A stretch of 41,325 nucleotides of DNA from positions 1 to 41,325 of the forward strand of contig WLWV01000002.1 in NCBI GenBank assembly GCA_012103395.1, written 5' to 3'. The DNA comes from Gammaproteobacteria bacterium (GTDB lineage: Bacteria; Pseudomonadota; Gammaproteobacteria; Arenicellales; Poriferihabitantaceae). The number at the start of each line of letters is the position of its first letter. The stretch's first letter is position 1. The notes under the pieces were generated by a model, which was not told the origin of the DNA, did no database searches, and worked only from the letters and a program-made list of their open reading frames with translations. This document shows positions 1 to 10,665 of this stretch, in pieces. A program made the translations under genes and the position numbers.

Positions 1-503
1 GATGGCTCAACATTCAACACCTAATCCAGAAAAACCGGCTTTGGCTTCGTTCGCTACGCTCACTTCGCCTAAGCCAAACGAACATCGCTAAAGAAATAAA
101 TTACAGACCTCAGGGTACACTACCTATCTTGTCGGTAGTAGATCTTCTCTCCTCGTCCTGGCATGCTTAATTGACCTTTGATGAATTGCTTGGGTGGATT
201 GTCGCTTTAGTGAATTGTCGTGGCTCTCATTTCCTGCCACATTAAACTTGGAGGAAGAAACCAATTAATACCAACTTCCCAACCGTTGAGCAAGCGCTTT
301 AGCCGTCTCTGCCCAGTTAGTACCCTGTTGAACCAAATCCGTGGCAGCGTTTTTTCGGTATCGTGTATGGTGAGATCGTGATTCTGTTTCACAAGGCTGC
401 TGGTAATTTTCGCACCTACGTTTTAAAGACCAATAAATTCGACGTTAGTGGCTGTTATCTGCATTGTGGTTAGGTTGTGCTCTTAAGGGGCTTGGGCCGC
501 TGT

Positions 504-1364
504 TTAGTAGGGTCTATCCCCCGCCACAGTGACACGATGCATCAATCGGCGTTGCCCCGAATAATCGTTGGTTGCATAGTGCTGAGTACATCGATTATCC
601 CAAAAAACCAAGGTGCCGGGTGACCACTGTATGCGACAGGTAAAATCGGGCCTAACGGCATGTTCGAATAGGTAATCTAACATGGGCCGACTTTCTTCTT
701 CGCTCATGTTCTCAAATCGACTGGTGAAGTACTCGTTTACAAACAACGACTTTTTATGAGTTTCCGGGTGAGTTCGTATTACTGGGTGGATAACAGGGGT
801 CGGGGTATCTGCGAATTGCGCTTTGGAATGATGGAAGCGGTCAACTCGGTGCTCTGCTTTAAGCCCGCCTAATAACGCTTTGTAGCCTGGGGACAGCGTG
901 TCGTAGGCCATATTCATGTTAGCAAATAAGGTGTCGCCGCCGCAATCTGGAAGTGTGACAGCGTAAAGTAATGAACCCATGGAAGGTTCCGCTCCCCAGC
1001 TGATATCGCTATGCCACAATCCCGTGAATCGTTTTTCATGGTTTTCTTCAGAGCGTATTGATATCACTTCTTTAACGTCATCTGTTCCACTGACAAAAGG
1101 ATTAATGTGGAGATCACCGAAATAACGCCCAATTTTAGCGAGTCGAGAAGGAGAGACATTCTGCGTTCGAAATATCACGACCATGTGATTAAGGAGCGCG
1201 CGACGGATTTCGCTTATCATACCGTCATCTATGGGTTGAGAAAAATCAACGCCAAGGATTTCTGCTCCCAGTGCGCCGTTTAAGGGACGCAGTGTGAAAC
1301 GATGGTAGTTGTGTTGGCGTTGAGATTCAGACCTAACAGCTTGAGAAAAGTCACTAGCCGGCAT
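504..1364 (-). CDS. TauD/TfdA-family Fe(II)/2-oxoglutarate-dependent dioxygenase (taurine dioxygenase-like)
   Basis: 286-aa ORF. It has the 'GLWHSDISW' HxD iron motif, the C-terminal 'WDNRCTQHYA' block with the second His, and 'RLMHRVT', all typical of TauD-family enzymes. Confidence 0.85.
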   Translation of the reverse strand: MPASDFSQAVRSESQRQHNYHRFTLRPLNGALGAEILGVDFSQPIDDGMISEIRRALLNHMVVIFRTQNVSPSRLAKIGRYFGDLHINPFVSGTDDVKEVISIRSEENHEKRFTGLWHSDISWGAEPSMGSLLYAVTLPDCGGDTLFANMNMAYDTLSPGYKALLGGLKAEHRVDRFHHSKAQFADTPTPVIHPVIRTHPETHKKSLFVNEYFTSRFENMSEEESRPMLDYLFEHAVRPDFTCRIQWSPGTLVFWDNRCTQHYATNDYSGQRRLMHRVTVAGDRPY

Positions 1365-1502
1365 CAGAGTACGTTGATTAAATTATATGACTTAAGGAGA
1401 GCCATCTTGATCCAAATCGTTGCCCTTGTAAAGAAAAGATGAGCGGTTTACGCCCCCACTAAATGTGCTTTCTGAGTCCGGCATCAATCAAACGACAAGC
1501 AT

Positions 1503-2366
1503 CTAGTCAACTAGTCCATCTGAACGCACGGGTTTCTTTTCTGCTAAATAATGTGCTTCCGTAACTTTTCCATAAAGGTCTTTTACTCGAGCCATACTAC
1601 CGATGACGCCGGGCTTTTCTGTGAACGACATAATTAGTAACAAGCGATCTTCGTCACCCGTGTTTTCGGTTACTTGATGGATCGAAAACCTGCCGAGAAA
1701 AAACTGTAAGTCCCCCGCATTCAGTTCAAGCCGTTTTACATTGGTTCTATCACCCTCCAGTACTTTCTTGACGTCGTCGTAGCACTCGTCACTTGGCGTG
1801 CGAAGATTAGGAACGTATTCGAAATGGCCCCCGGATAATGCGGGCTTGAGTAGCATTGTGATCGTGAATTCATTGGTGTCGAAGTGCCAATTAAACTGTT
1901 GCCCTGGCTTCCCGACGTTAACGATCATGTTTGATACTGGATCATCATAAATAAATAGCGCTTCTTTCCCGAGGCAGTCAGCTAGGAAACGTTTTAGCGG
2001 TTCCCAATAATAAAAGCGGCGAGAACAGGTGCTTTCATCGAAGAGGTCGGCGGTAACGAAACCGTTTGTTCGGGGAATAAAAATGTTGCGCGGATGATCT
2101 GATGGTTGGTCTTCGTCGCCATTGCCAAGATACACGTTGCACATTTTCTTTTTTGAATAGTAGGCTTGTGGTTGGCGGGTGATGGACTCGTTCTGTAGAA
2201 CAGATAAACCTTGATCACTAAAAAAATTCCGAATGACGGCGCATCCGTCCATTGCCAGTTCAGATCGGATTTGATCGATAATGGCATGACGTTTTGGGTT
2301 AGCCATTTCGTCAATGGGATATTTTTCGTGATTAACCATTTCTTCGCACCTCAGGTCACGACGCAT
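1503..2366 (-). CDS. Fe(II)/2-oxoglutarate oxygenase-like protein, subfamily unclear
   Basis: 287-aa ORF. It has 'NWHFDTNEF' (HxD) and a distal 'FSIHQV' His in a jelly-roll-like spacing. AGAGG lies 7 nt upstream of the ATG at 2366. Same strand as, and adjacent to, the TauD-like gene. Confidence 0.6.
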   Translation of the reverse strand: MRRDLRCEEMVNHEKYPIDEMANPKRHAIIDQIRSELAMDGCAVIRNFFSDQGLSVLQNESITRQPQAYYSKKKMCNVYLGNGDEDQPSDHPRNIFIPRTNGFVTADLFDESTCSRRFYYWEPLKRFLADCLGKEALFIYDDPVSNMIVNVGKPGQQFNWHFDTNEFTITMLLKPALSGGHFEYVPNLRTPSDECYDDVKKVLEGDRTNVKRLELNAGDLQFFLGRFSIHQVTENTGDEDRLLLIMSFTEKPGVIGSMARVKDLYGKVTEAHYLAEKKPVRSDGLVD

Positions 2367-2415
2367 ATTCGAACCTCTGAGTTTTTGGTGTTAAGGGATT
2401 GTTTTGCTCGGACTG

Positions 2416-3198
2416 TTATCGAGGCGCAAGTCGGATAGCGCCGTCCGCTCGAATAGTTTCACCGTTAATGTAGTTATTTTCTACGATAAATTGAGCGAGA
2501 TGGGCAATTTCGTCAGGGTGGCCGAGGCGGGGAGGGTTAGGCACATTTTCCGATAGTGATGTCACTACCTTTTCCGGCATGTTATCAAACATGGGGGTGT
2601 GAATTAATCCTGGCGCCATGGCGTTTACTCGAATTCCATGGGACGCTAAATCCCTAGCAATGGGGAGTGTCATTCCGACAATCCCTCCTTTTGATGCACT
2701 ATAGGCGGCTTGGCCCATTTGTCCCTCATAGGCGGCGATGGAAGCCGTATTGATGATTACCCCTCTGCCGCCATCTGGTGTGACGGGTGCTTGAGAAATC
2801 ATCACTTCAGCAGCTAATCTGAGTACGTTAAAAGTACCGATCAGATTGATATCGATCACTTTTCTAAACATGTCCAAGTCCAATGGCCCCTTTTTCCCAA
2901 CGGTTTTACCGGCATCCGCTACCCCCGCATAATTGCAGCAAATGTGGATCCCCCCGAAGGTGGATACGGATGCCGCAATTGCCTGTTTAACTGATGATTC
3001 ATCAGTAACGTTTACTTGTTGAAACAGGGCGCTATCGTTTGCTTGTTCATTAAGTTCCGTCGCTAATGCTTCTCCTTTTTCGTCGTTCATGTCGAAAAGT
3101 GTCACCTTCGCGCCGAGAGAGACGAATCGGCGTGCTGTTGCTTCGCCGAGGCCGGAGGCGCCGCCGGTGATGATGACGGACTTATTGCTAATTTCCAT
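2416..3198 (-). CDS. Short-chain dehydrogenase/reductase, 3-hydroxyacyl-CoA dehydrogenase type-II-like
   Basis: 260 aa. 'TGGASGLG' Rossmann motif, 'NTAS' and the 'YSASKGG' YxxxK catalytic motif. Confidence 0.85.
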   Translation of the reverse strand: MEISNKSVIITGGASGLGEATARRFVSLGAKVTLFDMNDEKGEALATELNEQANDSALFQQVNVTDESSVKQAIAASVSTFGGIHICCNYAGVADAGKTVGKKGPLDLDMFRKVIDINLIGTFNVLRLAAEVMISQAPVTPDGGRGVIINTASIAAYEGQMGQAAYSASKGGIVGMTLPIARDLASHGIRVNAMAPGLIHTPMFDNMPEKVVTSLSENVPNPPRLGHPDEIAHLAQFIVENNYINGETIRADGAIRLAPR

Positions 3199-3550
3199 GG
3201 TTTCCGTGTGGTGTTGATGTACTTAACAGCGTAATTTTAAACATAAGTATATTCAGGAAGACGATTAGCAGCAACAGACTTTGTAAAAAGTGATGACGAT
3301 GGTTACAGTAGTGGGCGGCTTACCATATCTCCTATACTGAGATCTAAGCACAACGTCGCGAAGAAAGAAAAGAGTAGGCAAAATAGAGGGGGAATCGTGA
3401 TTCATGCTGATAAGCGAGTGTTTTGGGTTTGTTCTTATTTAGGTACTTTCTAGCGTAGCAATGATGCTGAAGGGCCATAATTCCGATTCCCTTCGCTCAC
3501 CAATAGCAACATGACGATGACAGCAACACAACGATGACACAGGTATTGAT

Positions 3551-5002
3551 ATGAATGCAGAAGAATACGCAGAACTCGACGGCATTGCCCTCTCCCTAGG
3601 GATAGCAAATGGCGACTATTCCTGCGGGGAAGTCACAGAAGCGTGCATCAATGCTATTGAAAGACTTAACCCAATACTTAATGCGGTGATCATGAAGAAC
3701 TTCGAATCGGCGCGATCGAATGCGCTTGAGTTTGATCGTACTCATTTTTCTGGCCCACTGGCAGGCGTGCCTTTTTTGCTCAAGGATGTCAATGTGTTTA
3801 CTCATGATATGCCAACCACGTTCTCTTGTGCTTTTTTTCGAGATGCTTTGCCTAACTATGACAGTGAAATTGTTAAACGATGGCGTCAAGCAGGACTCAT
3901 TGTGGTGGGTAAAACCAATACCCCGGAATTCGCAGAGGATTTTGTATGCGAACCCACTTTCCGTGGCCCCACTCTTAACCCATGGAACGAGTCGGTCACA
4001 GTGGGCGGTAGCAGTGGTGGGGCAGGGGCGGCAGTTGCCTCGGGTATGGTTCCCATTGCTCATGGTACGGACCTTGGCGGTTCGATTCGCATTCCTGCCG
4101 CATGTTGTGGTGTGTTTGGGTTTAAGCCTACCTCTGGGTTAAATCCCGTGGATAGTGGTCAATCCGAATTAGCCAGCGGTTTCAATTCAGATCATGTGTT
4201 GACTCGCTCTGTTAGAGACAGTGCGGCTGCCCTTGACGCCACCTCTAGGCCTATTCTGGGTTATCGTTATCCGGTGATGAAAAAAGTACCTTCATACCTT
4301 GGATGTCTCGATCAGCCGCTAAGACCACTAAAAATTGGGGTTTGTTTGCACACCCCAATGAATAAACTGACCCCGGCGAAACAACAAGCGGCAGTCTTAA
4401 AGGTCAGCGATCTTCTGGCAGAAAACGGCCATGACATTTTGACTTATGAATATCCCAGCGATCTGGATTTTGGAAATTGGTTGGATAGTTTATGGATGTT
4501 TGACGTGGTGAATGAACTGGAAAAACGTATCAAGGAGGTTGGGCGCGAACCGGAGCCGGATGAGCTTGAAGCGATGACATCGTATATTCGGGAGCACGTG
4601 AATACTATGACCGCGATGGATCACTATCGGGCGCGGGAACTCGCGCATAGAAACAGCGTAAAAGTTATGACTTCCATGTCAGAGCTTGATTTGGTGCTGA
4701 CCCCTGCTTTGGGAAGCAACCCAGTTGCCCTTGGGGTGTTTGATAGTCGAACAGAGGCATTTGACTACCAAGTCTGGGCGGATCAGGGGGCTGAGTTTGC
4801 GCCATTCGCTTATGTTTGTAATATCACGGGGCAACCTGCTGCGTCACTGCCGGTTCAGCTTGAAACTAACCAGCATCCTTGTGGGGTACAGCTCGCCGGA
4901 CACATAGGACAGGATCATGTTGTTTTACAAGTGTCAGCACTACTGGAAAGAGCGCTTGGATGGGAAGCCTATCGGCCTCCAGCTCGAGCGGGGAGTATCT
5001 AA
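3551..5002 (+). CDS. Amidase (amidase-signature family)
   Basis: 483 aa. Contains the '[14 protein letters not shown]' and '[23 protein letters not shown]' amidase-signature block with the Ser-cisSer-Lys context. Confidence 0.9.
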   Translation: MNAEEYAELDGIALSLGIANGDYSCGEVTEACINAIERLNPILNAVIMKNFESARSNALEFDRTHFSGPLAGVPFLLKDVNVFTHDMPTTFSCAFFRDALPNYDSEIVKRWRQAGLIVVGKTNTPEFAEDFVCEPTFRGPTLNPWNESVTVGGSSGGAGAAVASGMVPIAHGTDLGGSIRIPAACCGVFGFKPTSGLNPVDSGQSELASGFNSDHVLTRSVRDSAAALDATSRPILGYRYPVMKKVPSYLGCLDQPLRPLKIGVCLHTPMNKLTPAKQQAAVLKVSDLLAENGHDILTYEYPSDLDFGNWLDSLWMFDVVNELEKRIKEVGREPEPDELEAMTSYIREHVNTMTAMDHYRARELAHRNSVKVMTSMSELDLVLTPALGSNPVALGVFDSRTEAFDYQVWADQGAEFAPFAYVCNITGQPAASLPVQLETNQHPCGVQLAGHIGQDHVVLQVSALLERALGWEAYRPPARAGSI

Positions 5003-5126
5003 AAAATCCGCGGGATAGACGTAGATTGTTTGGATAATATGTTTGAAAAATGCGAAAATTTCCTTTATCGAGAGTAAATGATTCTCAATACGACTAACAA
5101 ACTCGCACAAGATAGACAAACCCAAT

Positions 5127-5792
5127 ATGAGAAACCAGATGTATAAGTGTGGCTCCTACATAAAGTCATTTTTTTCGATTATCTGCGTGCTTTTGCTTAT
5201 CCAAGGGTGCGCAACGAATGAGGGTAAAAAGCCTAGAGTCGAGGTGCCCAAGCCAGTGAGCAAAATGGAGACGGATGAGTATTACCGAGTATGTCCTAAA
5301 ATGAAGGTCTCCAATGCGCCGAAAGTAGACAGCGATCGCAAGATCTTAAAGTATCGTCGCTACATTAAGGTTAATGGGGTGACATTGGCACTGGTACCAT
5401 TAAGGGGCGGTTGTTTGTCCTCTGGGTTTGGGCCGAGAAATGGAGGGTGGCACAAAGGTATCGATTTCCACCAACGTCCTGCCAAGATGGTATTCGCAGC
5501 GGCGGAGGGTGTGATTCTGGAAAAAGAGTTTTATAAGACCTACGGTAATATGATTGTGATCGATCATGGAAGAGGAGTGTATACCCGCTATGCCCACCTG
5601 AAGAACTTTGAACGAAATATCCAGATTGGTGCCAAGGTAAAGGCGGGTGCCGCACTGGGGCTTATGGGCAACACATCAACGATTAGAATTCCGGTGAATC
5701 TTCACTACGAGCTGCTGACCGGTTATTACAATAATCCTAAACGCGCATATGGTCTTAAGGCTCACAGCCCGTTTTCCTTTATTGACGGATGA
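5127..5792 (+). CDS. M23/LytM-family peptidase-domain lipoprotein, possibly catalytically degenerate
   Basis: 221 aa. Signal peptide with an 'LIQGC' lipobox. 'HKGIDF' (HxxxD) and 'YAHL' are present, but the usual HxH reads 'NLHYEL', so the first His is Asn. Confidence 0.75.
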   Translation: MRNQMYKCGSYIKSFFSIICVLLLIQGCATNEGKKPRVEVPKPVSKMETDEYYRVCPKMKVSNAPKVDSDRKILKYRRYIKVNGVTLALVPLRGGCLSSGFGPRNGGWHKGIDFHQRPAKMVFAAAEGVILEKEFYKTYGNMIVIDHGRGVYTRYAHLKNFERNIQIGAKVKAGAALGLMGNTSTIRIPVNLHYELLTGYYNNPKRAYGLKAHSPFSFIDG

Positions 5793-5807
5793 TTTTCCGG
5801 CGGGATG

Positions 5808-5833
5808 AGAAAGCCTTGGTTGGAAGGCTTTCT
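5808..5833 (+). terminator. Hairpin downstream of the M23 gene, a possible terminator without a U-tract
   Basis: 10-bp perfect stem AGAAAGCCTT / AAGGCTTTCT with loop GGTTGG, starting 16 nt after the stop. No T-run follows. Confidence 0.35.
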
Positions 5834-5955
5834 AAGCAGGGAAAACTTCAGTAGAATGCACAGGCTAATTTGCAATACTGTTGGAAACGGTTTCCGTTAA
5901 AAATAAGTTTTTATTAGCCCCTGTTTTTTAGCCCCTATTTGGAGATGGTTTTGGT

Positions 5956-6285
5956 ATGACCTACGTTGTCCTCGAAGATTGCATAAAGTGTAAACACACC
6001 GACTGTGTTGAGGTTTGTCCGGTAGATTGTTTCTACGAAGGGCCAAATTTTCTGGTTATCGACCCAGAAGAATGTATTGATTGTGCGCTTTGCGAACCAG
6101 AGTGCCCGATAGAGGCCATTGTTGCGGATCATGAAATCCCAGAGGGTCAAGAGCAGTTTCTTGAACTGAATGCGGAGCTGGCGATTGCATGGTCAGATCG
6201 GGTCATCACCGAGATGAAAGATTCCCCACCGGATGCGAAATCTTGGGAAGGTGTCGAAGGCAAGCTGAAATATCTCGAGAGATAG
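5956..6285 (+). CDS. fdxA: 7Fe ferredoxin (3Fe-4S/4Fe-4S), FdxA type
   Basis: 109 aa. '[28 protein letters not shown]' and '[12 protein letters not shown]' are the classic Azotobacter-type ferredoxin I cysteine clusters. Confidence 0.9.
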   Translation: MTYVVLEDCIKCKHTDCVEVCPVDCFYEGPNFLVIDPEECIDCALCEPECPIEAIVADHEIPEGQEQFLELNAELAIAWSDRVITEMKDSPPDAKSWEGVEGKLKYLER

Positions 6286-6496
6286 CCTCCTTACAATCGG
6301 TTCGCTAGCATCTGATGCGTTAGCTTTCAATGTGTCACGGCCCTCGATTTTATGGGGGCGGTATGACAGACCAGTTCATCTCGGTATGACCAACGCCTCC
6401 GACAGGCGAGTCTTAGTGGTTTTTCGATTCTTGCTATTCACCGCCGCCCCAGTCTACTTCTCCTCTTCTCCACTCTTCTCTCTATTGGCGCTCTGT

Positions 6497-7498
6497 TCAG
6501 GCATATTTAAGGGTTTGTCCAATCCCCATCTTTTTTGCTTTTTCAAGCATAGCGACACCCAATGAAATGTCGCTGGTTGAAAGTCCGCGATGCCAGAACA
6601 GGATAGTTTCATCATCTGACCCCCTTCCGGCTGTTGAGCCAACAACGATCTCACCAATTTCGCCATGAACACTTTCTGGGCTAATCTTCCCAGCGTTGAT
6701 ATGTGGGCGGAGCGCACCGAGAGGCCCCGCATTCATTTGCCCTCTGTCATCGACGAAGACTTTGTCCATAACATCCAGGAGATCTAGCTCAAGCGCACTC
6801 ATGGTTCCATAAGGGATGATCAGGGCGCCTTTTTTTACCCAACTGGTTTTCAGCAATGGCGTTGGTTCGGGAAGACGCGATGCTTCAATCATGATATCAG
6901 CCCCTTTCAGGCAGTCTTCCCAGTTGTCCGTGACAGTGACCGTTTTACCGAGATCTTGGGTGAGTTTTTTCGCAAACGCGTTTTGACTTTCGGGCCGCTT
7001 CGAATGCACTCGTATTTCGTCAAAGTCAAATAGATGGTCCATTAGTCGAACGTTCCAATAAGCGGTGCCCCTAGCACCGATATGGCCAAGTACTCGGGGG
7101 TTAGGTGGGGCGAGGTATTTACCACCCAGCGCGCTCAGTGCGCCGGTGCGCATTTCTGTGATGGCGGTGGCGTCCAAAATGGCGGTGGGCATGCCTGTTT
7201 GGGGGTTAAATAGATTTAGCAGCGCCATTTCCGATGGCAGCCCCTTTTTGTAATTATCCACATAATCGCCAACGATTTTTACACCGGCTGCTTCAAGTGG
7301 TGCGACATAACCACGCAACACATTAAAGTGACCATTAAAGGCGGGATCGGGTTTGAGATGGACCCTTGGCTCAATGACGGTTTGATGATTGCCGGCGGCT
7401 TTTAGGCCAGTTTCCACTGCAAGTAGGATTTCGTCATTCGACATTGATAGTTGCTCAATGTCAGGACCGTTAAGATAGGTGATATTGATATTCGACAT
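6497..7498 (-). CDS. Ornithine cyclodeaminase / mu-crystallin family protein
   Basis: 333 aa. 'TAITEMRTGALSALGGKYLA' and the 'LGHIGARGTAYW' Rossmann segment are typical of the OCD/ketimine-reductase family. It lies 23 nt downstream of hutU on the same strand. Confidence 0.8.
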   Translation of the reverse strand: MSNINITYLNGPDIEQLSMSNDEILLAVETGLKAAGNHQTVIEPRVHLKPDPAFNGHFNVLRGYVAPLEAAGVKIVGDYVDNYKKGLPSEMALLNLFNPQTGMPTAILDATAITEMRTGALSALGGKYLAPPNPRVLGHIGARGTAYWNVRLMDHLFDFDEIRVHSKRPESQNAFAKKLTQDLGKTVTVTDNWEDCLKGADIMIEASRLPEPTPLLKTSWVKKGALIIPYGTMSALELDLLDVMDKVFVDDRGQMNAGPLGALRPHINAGKISPESVHGEIGEIVVGSTAGRGSDDETILFWHRGLSTSDISLGVAMLEKAKKMGIGQTLKYA

Positions 7499-7521
7499 TA
7501 GATATTGACCACCGATTATGG

Positions 7522-9195
7522 TTAAAGATTAATGGCACCGAGGTTCAGACCAAACTCTCTGGCACATTGCTTTGCTTCCTGATAACCCGCATCGGCATGT
7601 CGCATCACACCTGAAGCGGGGTCATTCCATAGCACTCGGTTAAGTCGTTTATCCGCAGCGTCACTGCCGTCACACACGATGACCAGACCGGCATGTTGAG
7701 AAAACCCCATGCCAACGCCACCACCATGATGTAAGGATACCCATGTGGCTCCACCGGAGGTGGCCAGCAATGCATTAAGGAGCGCCCAGTCCGATACCGC
7801 ATCTGAACCGTCTATCATGGACTCAGTTTCTCTGTTTGGACTGGCAACTGAGCCTGAATCGAGATGATCGCGACCAATCACAATGGGTGCTTTTAGCTCG
7901 CCATTTCTCACCATTTCGTTAAAAGCCAAAGCGAGCTTATGCCGCTGTCCTAACCCTACCCAGCAAATACGGGCGGGCAATCCTTGGAAACTAATGCGTT
8001 TCTGCGCCATATCGATCCAGTTATGAAGATGGGGGTCGTCTGGGATCAGCTCCTTTACTTTTGCGTCTGTTTTGTAAATGTCTTCAGGATCACCAGAAAG
8101 TGCTACCCATCTAAATGGGCCAACTCCTCGGCAGAAAAGGGGTCGAATATATGCCGGTACGAATCCCGGAAAATCGAAAGCGTTTTCTACCCCATAGTTC
8201 ATCGCTTCTTGACGAATATTGTTACCATAGTCCACGGTGGGAATGCCTTGTTTATGAAATTCAAGCATTGCCGTTACATGTTTTGCCATGGATTTTCGGG
8301 ATTCAGCAACCACCATTTGTGGATTCGACTTTATTTCTGATTGCCACTTATCCATGGTCCAGCCAATGGGAAGGTATCCATTAACGGGATCGTGCGCAGA
8401 GGTTTGGTCAGTCACCAGATCGGGTCTGATCTTACGATTGATAAGTTCTGGGAGTACTTCTCCTCCATTTCCAAGCAATCCAACAGAGATGGCTTCACCT
8501 TTTTCGCAGGCGTTGTTAATCATCTCCAGTGCTTCGTCCAGGGTATTTGCCTTTTTATCTAGATAGCGAGTTTTGAGTCGGAAATCGATTCGGGTTTCAT
8601 CACATTCGATACATAATATGGAATACCCAGCCATAGTGGCTGCTAATGGCTGAGCACCGCCCATTCCACCAAGACCAGAAGTGAGTATCCATTTCCCCTT
8701 GGTATCGCCGCCAAAATGTTGCCTTCCAGCTTCCACGAATGTCTCATAGGTGCCTTGAACAATCCCTTGGCTACCGATATAGATCCATGACCCAGCAGTC
8801 ATCTGGCCGTACATCATTAACCCCTTTTTATCCAGCTCATTGAAGTGGTCCCAATTGGCCCAGGCAGGGACAAGATTGGAATTTGCAATTAAGACTCTTG
8901 GCGCATCTTCATGGGTTCTAAATACACCAACGGGCTTGCCTGATTGAACCAATAGGGTTTCATCATTATCGAGCTCTTTTAGGCAAGCGAGAATCTGGTC
9001 GAAAGACTCCCAGTCACGAGCCGCTCTACCGATACCACCATAAACGATTAACTCTTCGGGTTTCTCGGCTACCTCAGCATCGAGGTTGTTTTGTATCATC
9101 CGATATGCGGCTTCGGTAAGCCAACTTTTGCAAGTTAAACCCGAACCCCTTGGGGCCCGAATAAGCCGAGACTTGTCGATGCGAGTGGGTGTCAT
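7522..9195 (-). CDS. hutU: Urocanate hydratase
   Basis: 557 aa with full-length resemblance to HutU, e.g. '[27 protein letters not shown]', '[24 protein letters not shown]' and '[12 protein letters not shown]'. Confidence 0.97.
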   Translation of the reverse strand: MTPTRIDKSRLIRAPRGSGLTCKSWLTEAAYRMIQNNLDAEVAEKPEELIVYGGIGRAARDWESFDQILACLKELDNDETLLVQSGKPVGVFRTHEDAPRVLIANSNLVPAWANWDHFNELDKKGLMMYGQMTAGSWIYIGSQGIVQGTYETFVEAGRQHFGGDTKGKWILTSGLGGMGGAQPLAATMAGYSILCIECDETRIDFRLKTRYLDKKANTLDEALEMINNACEKGEAISVGLLGNGGEVLPELINRKIRPDLVTDQTSAHDPVNGYLPIGWTMDKWQSEIKSNPQMVVAESRKSMAKHVTAMLEFHKQGIPTVDYGNNIRQEAMNYGVENAFDFPGFVPAYIRPLFCRGVGPFRWVALSGDPEDIYKTDAKVKELIPDDPHLHNWIDMAQKRISFQGLPARICWVGLGQRHKLALAFNEMVRNGELKAPIVIGRDHLDSGSVASPNRETESMIDGSDAVSDWALLNALLATSGGATWVSLHHGGGVGMGFSQHAGLVIVCDGSDAADKRLNRVLWNDPASGVMRHADAGYQEAKQCAREFGLNLGAINL

Positions 9196-9300
9196 TTAAT
9201 GTTCCTGCTTATTTTCTACGCTGTTTTTGGGTGTCCAGCACAAGGTGCTCCCAACAAAGATGACCTCCTAACAAGGCCGTTAAGATTCGGGCTAGGGAGG

Positions 9301-10521
9301 TCAAGGGTGTTTTTTCCAGTTGCCACCAATCATAATAGCGGTGCACGGATTGAGGCCAATGTGATAGGACAATGTTGATGGGTGGTCGGTGTCCCACATA
9401 ACGAGATCGGCTTGTTTTCCGGCCTCGATACTACCAATGCTGTCCTGCATTCCGAGCGCCTTAGCGGCTTGAATAGTGACTCCGCTAAGCGCCTCAGATG
9501 GTGTCATCCGAAACAAAGTGCAGGCCATGTTCATTGACAATAGTAATGAGGTAACCGGAGAGCTCCCGGGATTACAGTCACTTGCAATGGCCATCGGAAT
9601 GTGATGTTCGCGCAGCGCTTCGATGGGCGGAAGTTGGGTTTCTCTGAGTACATAAAAAGCCCCAGGTAAAAGAACAGCCACTGTTTTTCCATTTTGCAGT
9701 TTCCCCACGTCTGTTGATTTGAGGTACTCAAGATGATCCACAGATAGCGCGCCTCTTTGTGCTGCCATGGTCGCACCACCGAGATCACTTAATTGTTCCG
9801 CGTGGAGTTTGATCGGTAAACCGTAAGACTGTGCAACGTCAAAAACTCGATCCATCTGTTCAACGCTGAAGGCGATGCTTTCACTAAAACCGTCCACTGC
9901 ATCAACCAATCCCGCATCATAAGCGGCAGGTAGCATTTCTTCGCATACCGCACTAATGTAACCGTCTTTATCGTTATGAAACTCAGGTGGCAATGCGTGG
10001 GCGCCAAGAAAGGTTTTGCTGACCCGCACCCCAATTTCATCAGCGAACTGTTGAGCTACATGCAGCATTTTTATTTCATCGTCGCTGTTGAGGCCATACC
10101 CGGATTTGATTTCAACGGTGGTCACTCCTTCACTCATCAACTGCTTTAGTCGAGGGAGTGATTGCTCGAAAAGTACTTCCACTGAGGCCTCGCGGGTTGC
10201 CTTGACGGTGGAAACGATGCCGCCGCCGTTGTTGGCGATTTCCTCGTAGGTTGCACCTTCCAAGCGCTGTTCAAACTCCCTAGCTCGGTTTCCCGCATAA
10301 ACAAGGTGAGTATGGCAATCAATCAGTCCAGGGGTGATTAAGCGGCCTCTGCAATTTAAACTCTCCTCGGATGATCGCCAGTGGCTGGGTAGTTCGCTAC
10401 TTTTCCCTATCCATTGTATTTTGTCGTCTACCACCACGATTGAACCGTTATGAACAAGTCCGAAGGAAGCATTTCCGTTAGCGTTGACCATCGTTGCGAT
10501 GGTGGCATTAGTAAGTATCAT
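9301..10521 (-). CDS. hutI: Imidazolonepropionase
   Basis: 406 aa. 'GLIDCHTHLVYAGNRAREFEQRLEGATYEEIA' and the 'KLHAEQLS' metal-ligand blocks are typical of HutI. Confidence 0.95.
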   Translation of the reverse strand: MILTNATIATMVNANGNASFGLVHNGSIVVVDDKIQWIGKSSELPSHWRSSEESLNCRGRLITPGLIDCHTHLVYAGNRAREFEQRLEGATYEEIANNGGGIVSTVKATREASVEVLFEQSLPRLKQLMSEGVTTVEIKSGYGLNSDDEIKMLHVAQQFADEIGVRVSKTFLGAHALPPEFHNDKDGYISAVCEEMLPAAYDAGLVDAVDGFSESIAFSVEQMDRVFDVAQSYGLPIKLHAEQLSDLGGATMAAQRGALSVDHLEYLKSTDVGKLQNGKTVAVLLPGAFYVLRETQLPPIEALREHHIPMAIASDCNPGSSPVTSLLLSMNMACTLFRMTPSEALSGVTIQAAKALGMQDSIGSIEAGKQADLVMWDTDHPSTLSYHIGLNPCTAIMIGGNWKKHP

Positions 10522-10600
10522 TTGGCGTGTCTTGGTGTGACGATGATAAAACCCGGTTGGCTTTTATTTGACGGGACACTGTTTAGTGTTTCTTGTGAGG

Positions 10601-10628
10601 ATTATACTTGTATATACAAGCTGATCAA
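10601..10628 (-). promoter_or_regulatory. Sigma70-type promoter of the hutI-hutU operon
   Basis: Read on the minus strand: TTGATC (10628-10623), a 16-nt spacer, then a perfect TATAAT (10606-10601). It lies about 80 nt upstream of the hutI start. Confidence 0.6.
10607..10620. promoter_or_regulatory. HutC-type (GntR family) operator palindrome
   Basis: Perfect 14-bp palindrome CTTGTATATACAAG containing TGTA-N2-TACA. It fills the spacer of the hut promoter above. Confidence 0.65.
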
Positions 10629-10665
10629 GGGGTAAGCTTTTGAAGACAAAATTTCGATGGTGGTG

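Noticed and set aside
2-91. An open frame entering from the left edge ('MAQHSTPNPEKPALASFATLTSPKPNEHR*'), possibly the 3' end of a gene.
   Set aside because: Only 29 codons are visible, the composition is low-complexity, and no family can be assigned.
207-392. A 61-aa minus-strand ORF near the left edge ('MKQNHDLTIHDTEKTLPRIWFNRVLTGQRRLKRLL...'). I considered an integrase, transposase or toxin fragment.
   Set aside because: I recognise no motif in it. It has no obvious ribosome-binding site and is isolated. I cannot support it as a gene or a mobile-element remnant.
3596-4063. Antisense or out-of-frame ORFs nested in well-supported genes. Examples are 3596-4063, 3720-4142, 1994-2314, 7984-8566, 9531-10040, 13756-14493, 15732-16256, 15823-16278, 20383-20736, 25530-25922, 26236-26707, 29743-30093, 33739-34185, 34827-35246, 36088-36408 and 40273-40671.
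   Set aside because: Each lies inside a longer ORF that has clear family motifs on the other strand or frame. Their translations are low-complexity or Arg/Ser/Cys-rich, as expected for shadow ORFs.
6446-6484. A polypyrimidine (CT-rich) tract, 'cttctcctcttctccactcttctctct', in the convergent fdxA/OCD spacer. It could form H-DNA or be part of an sRNA.
   Set aside because: It is short and is neither mirror-symmetric nor repeated. There is no supporting promoter or terminator context, so it is most simply 3'-UTR sequence.
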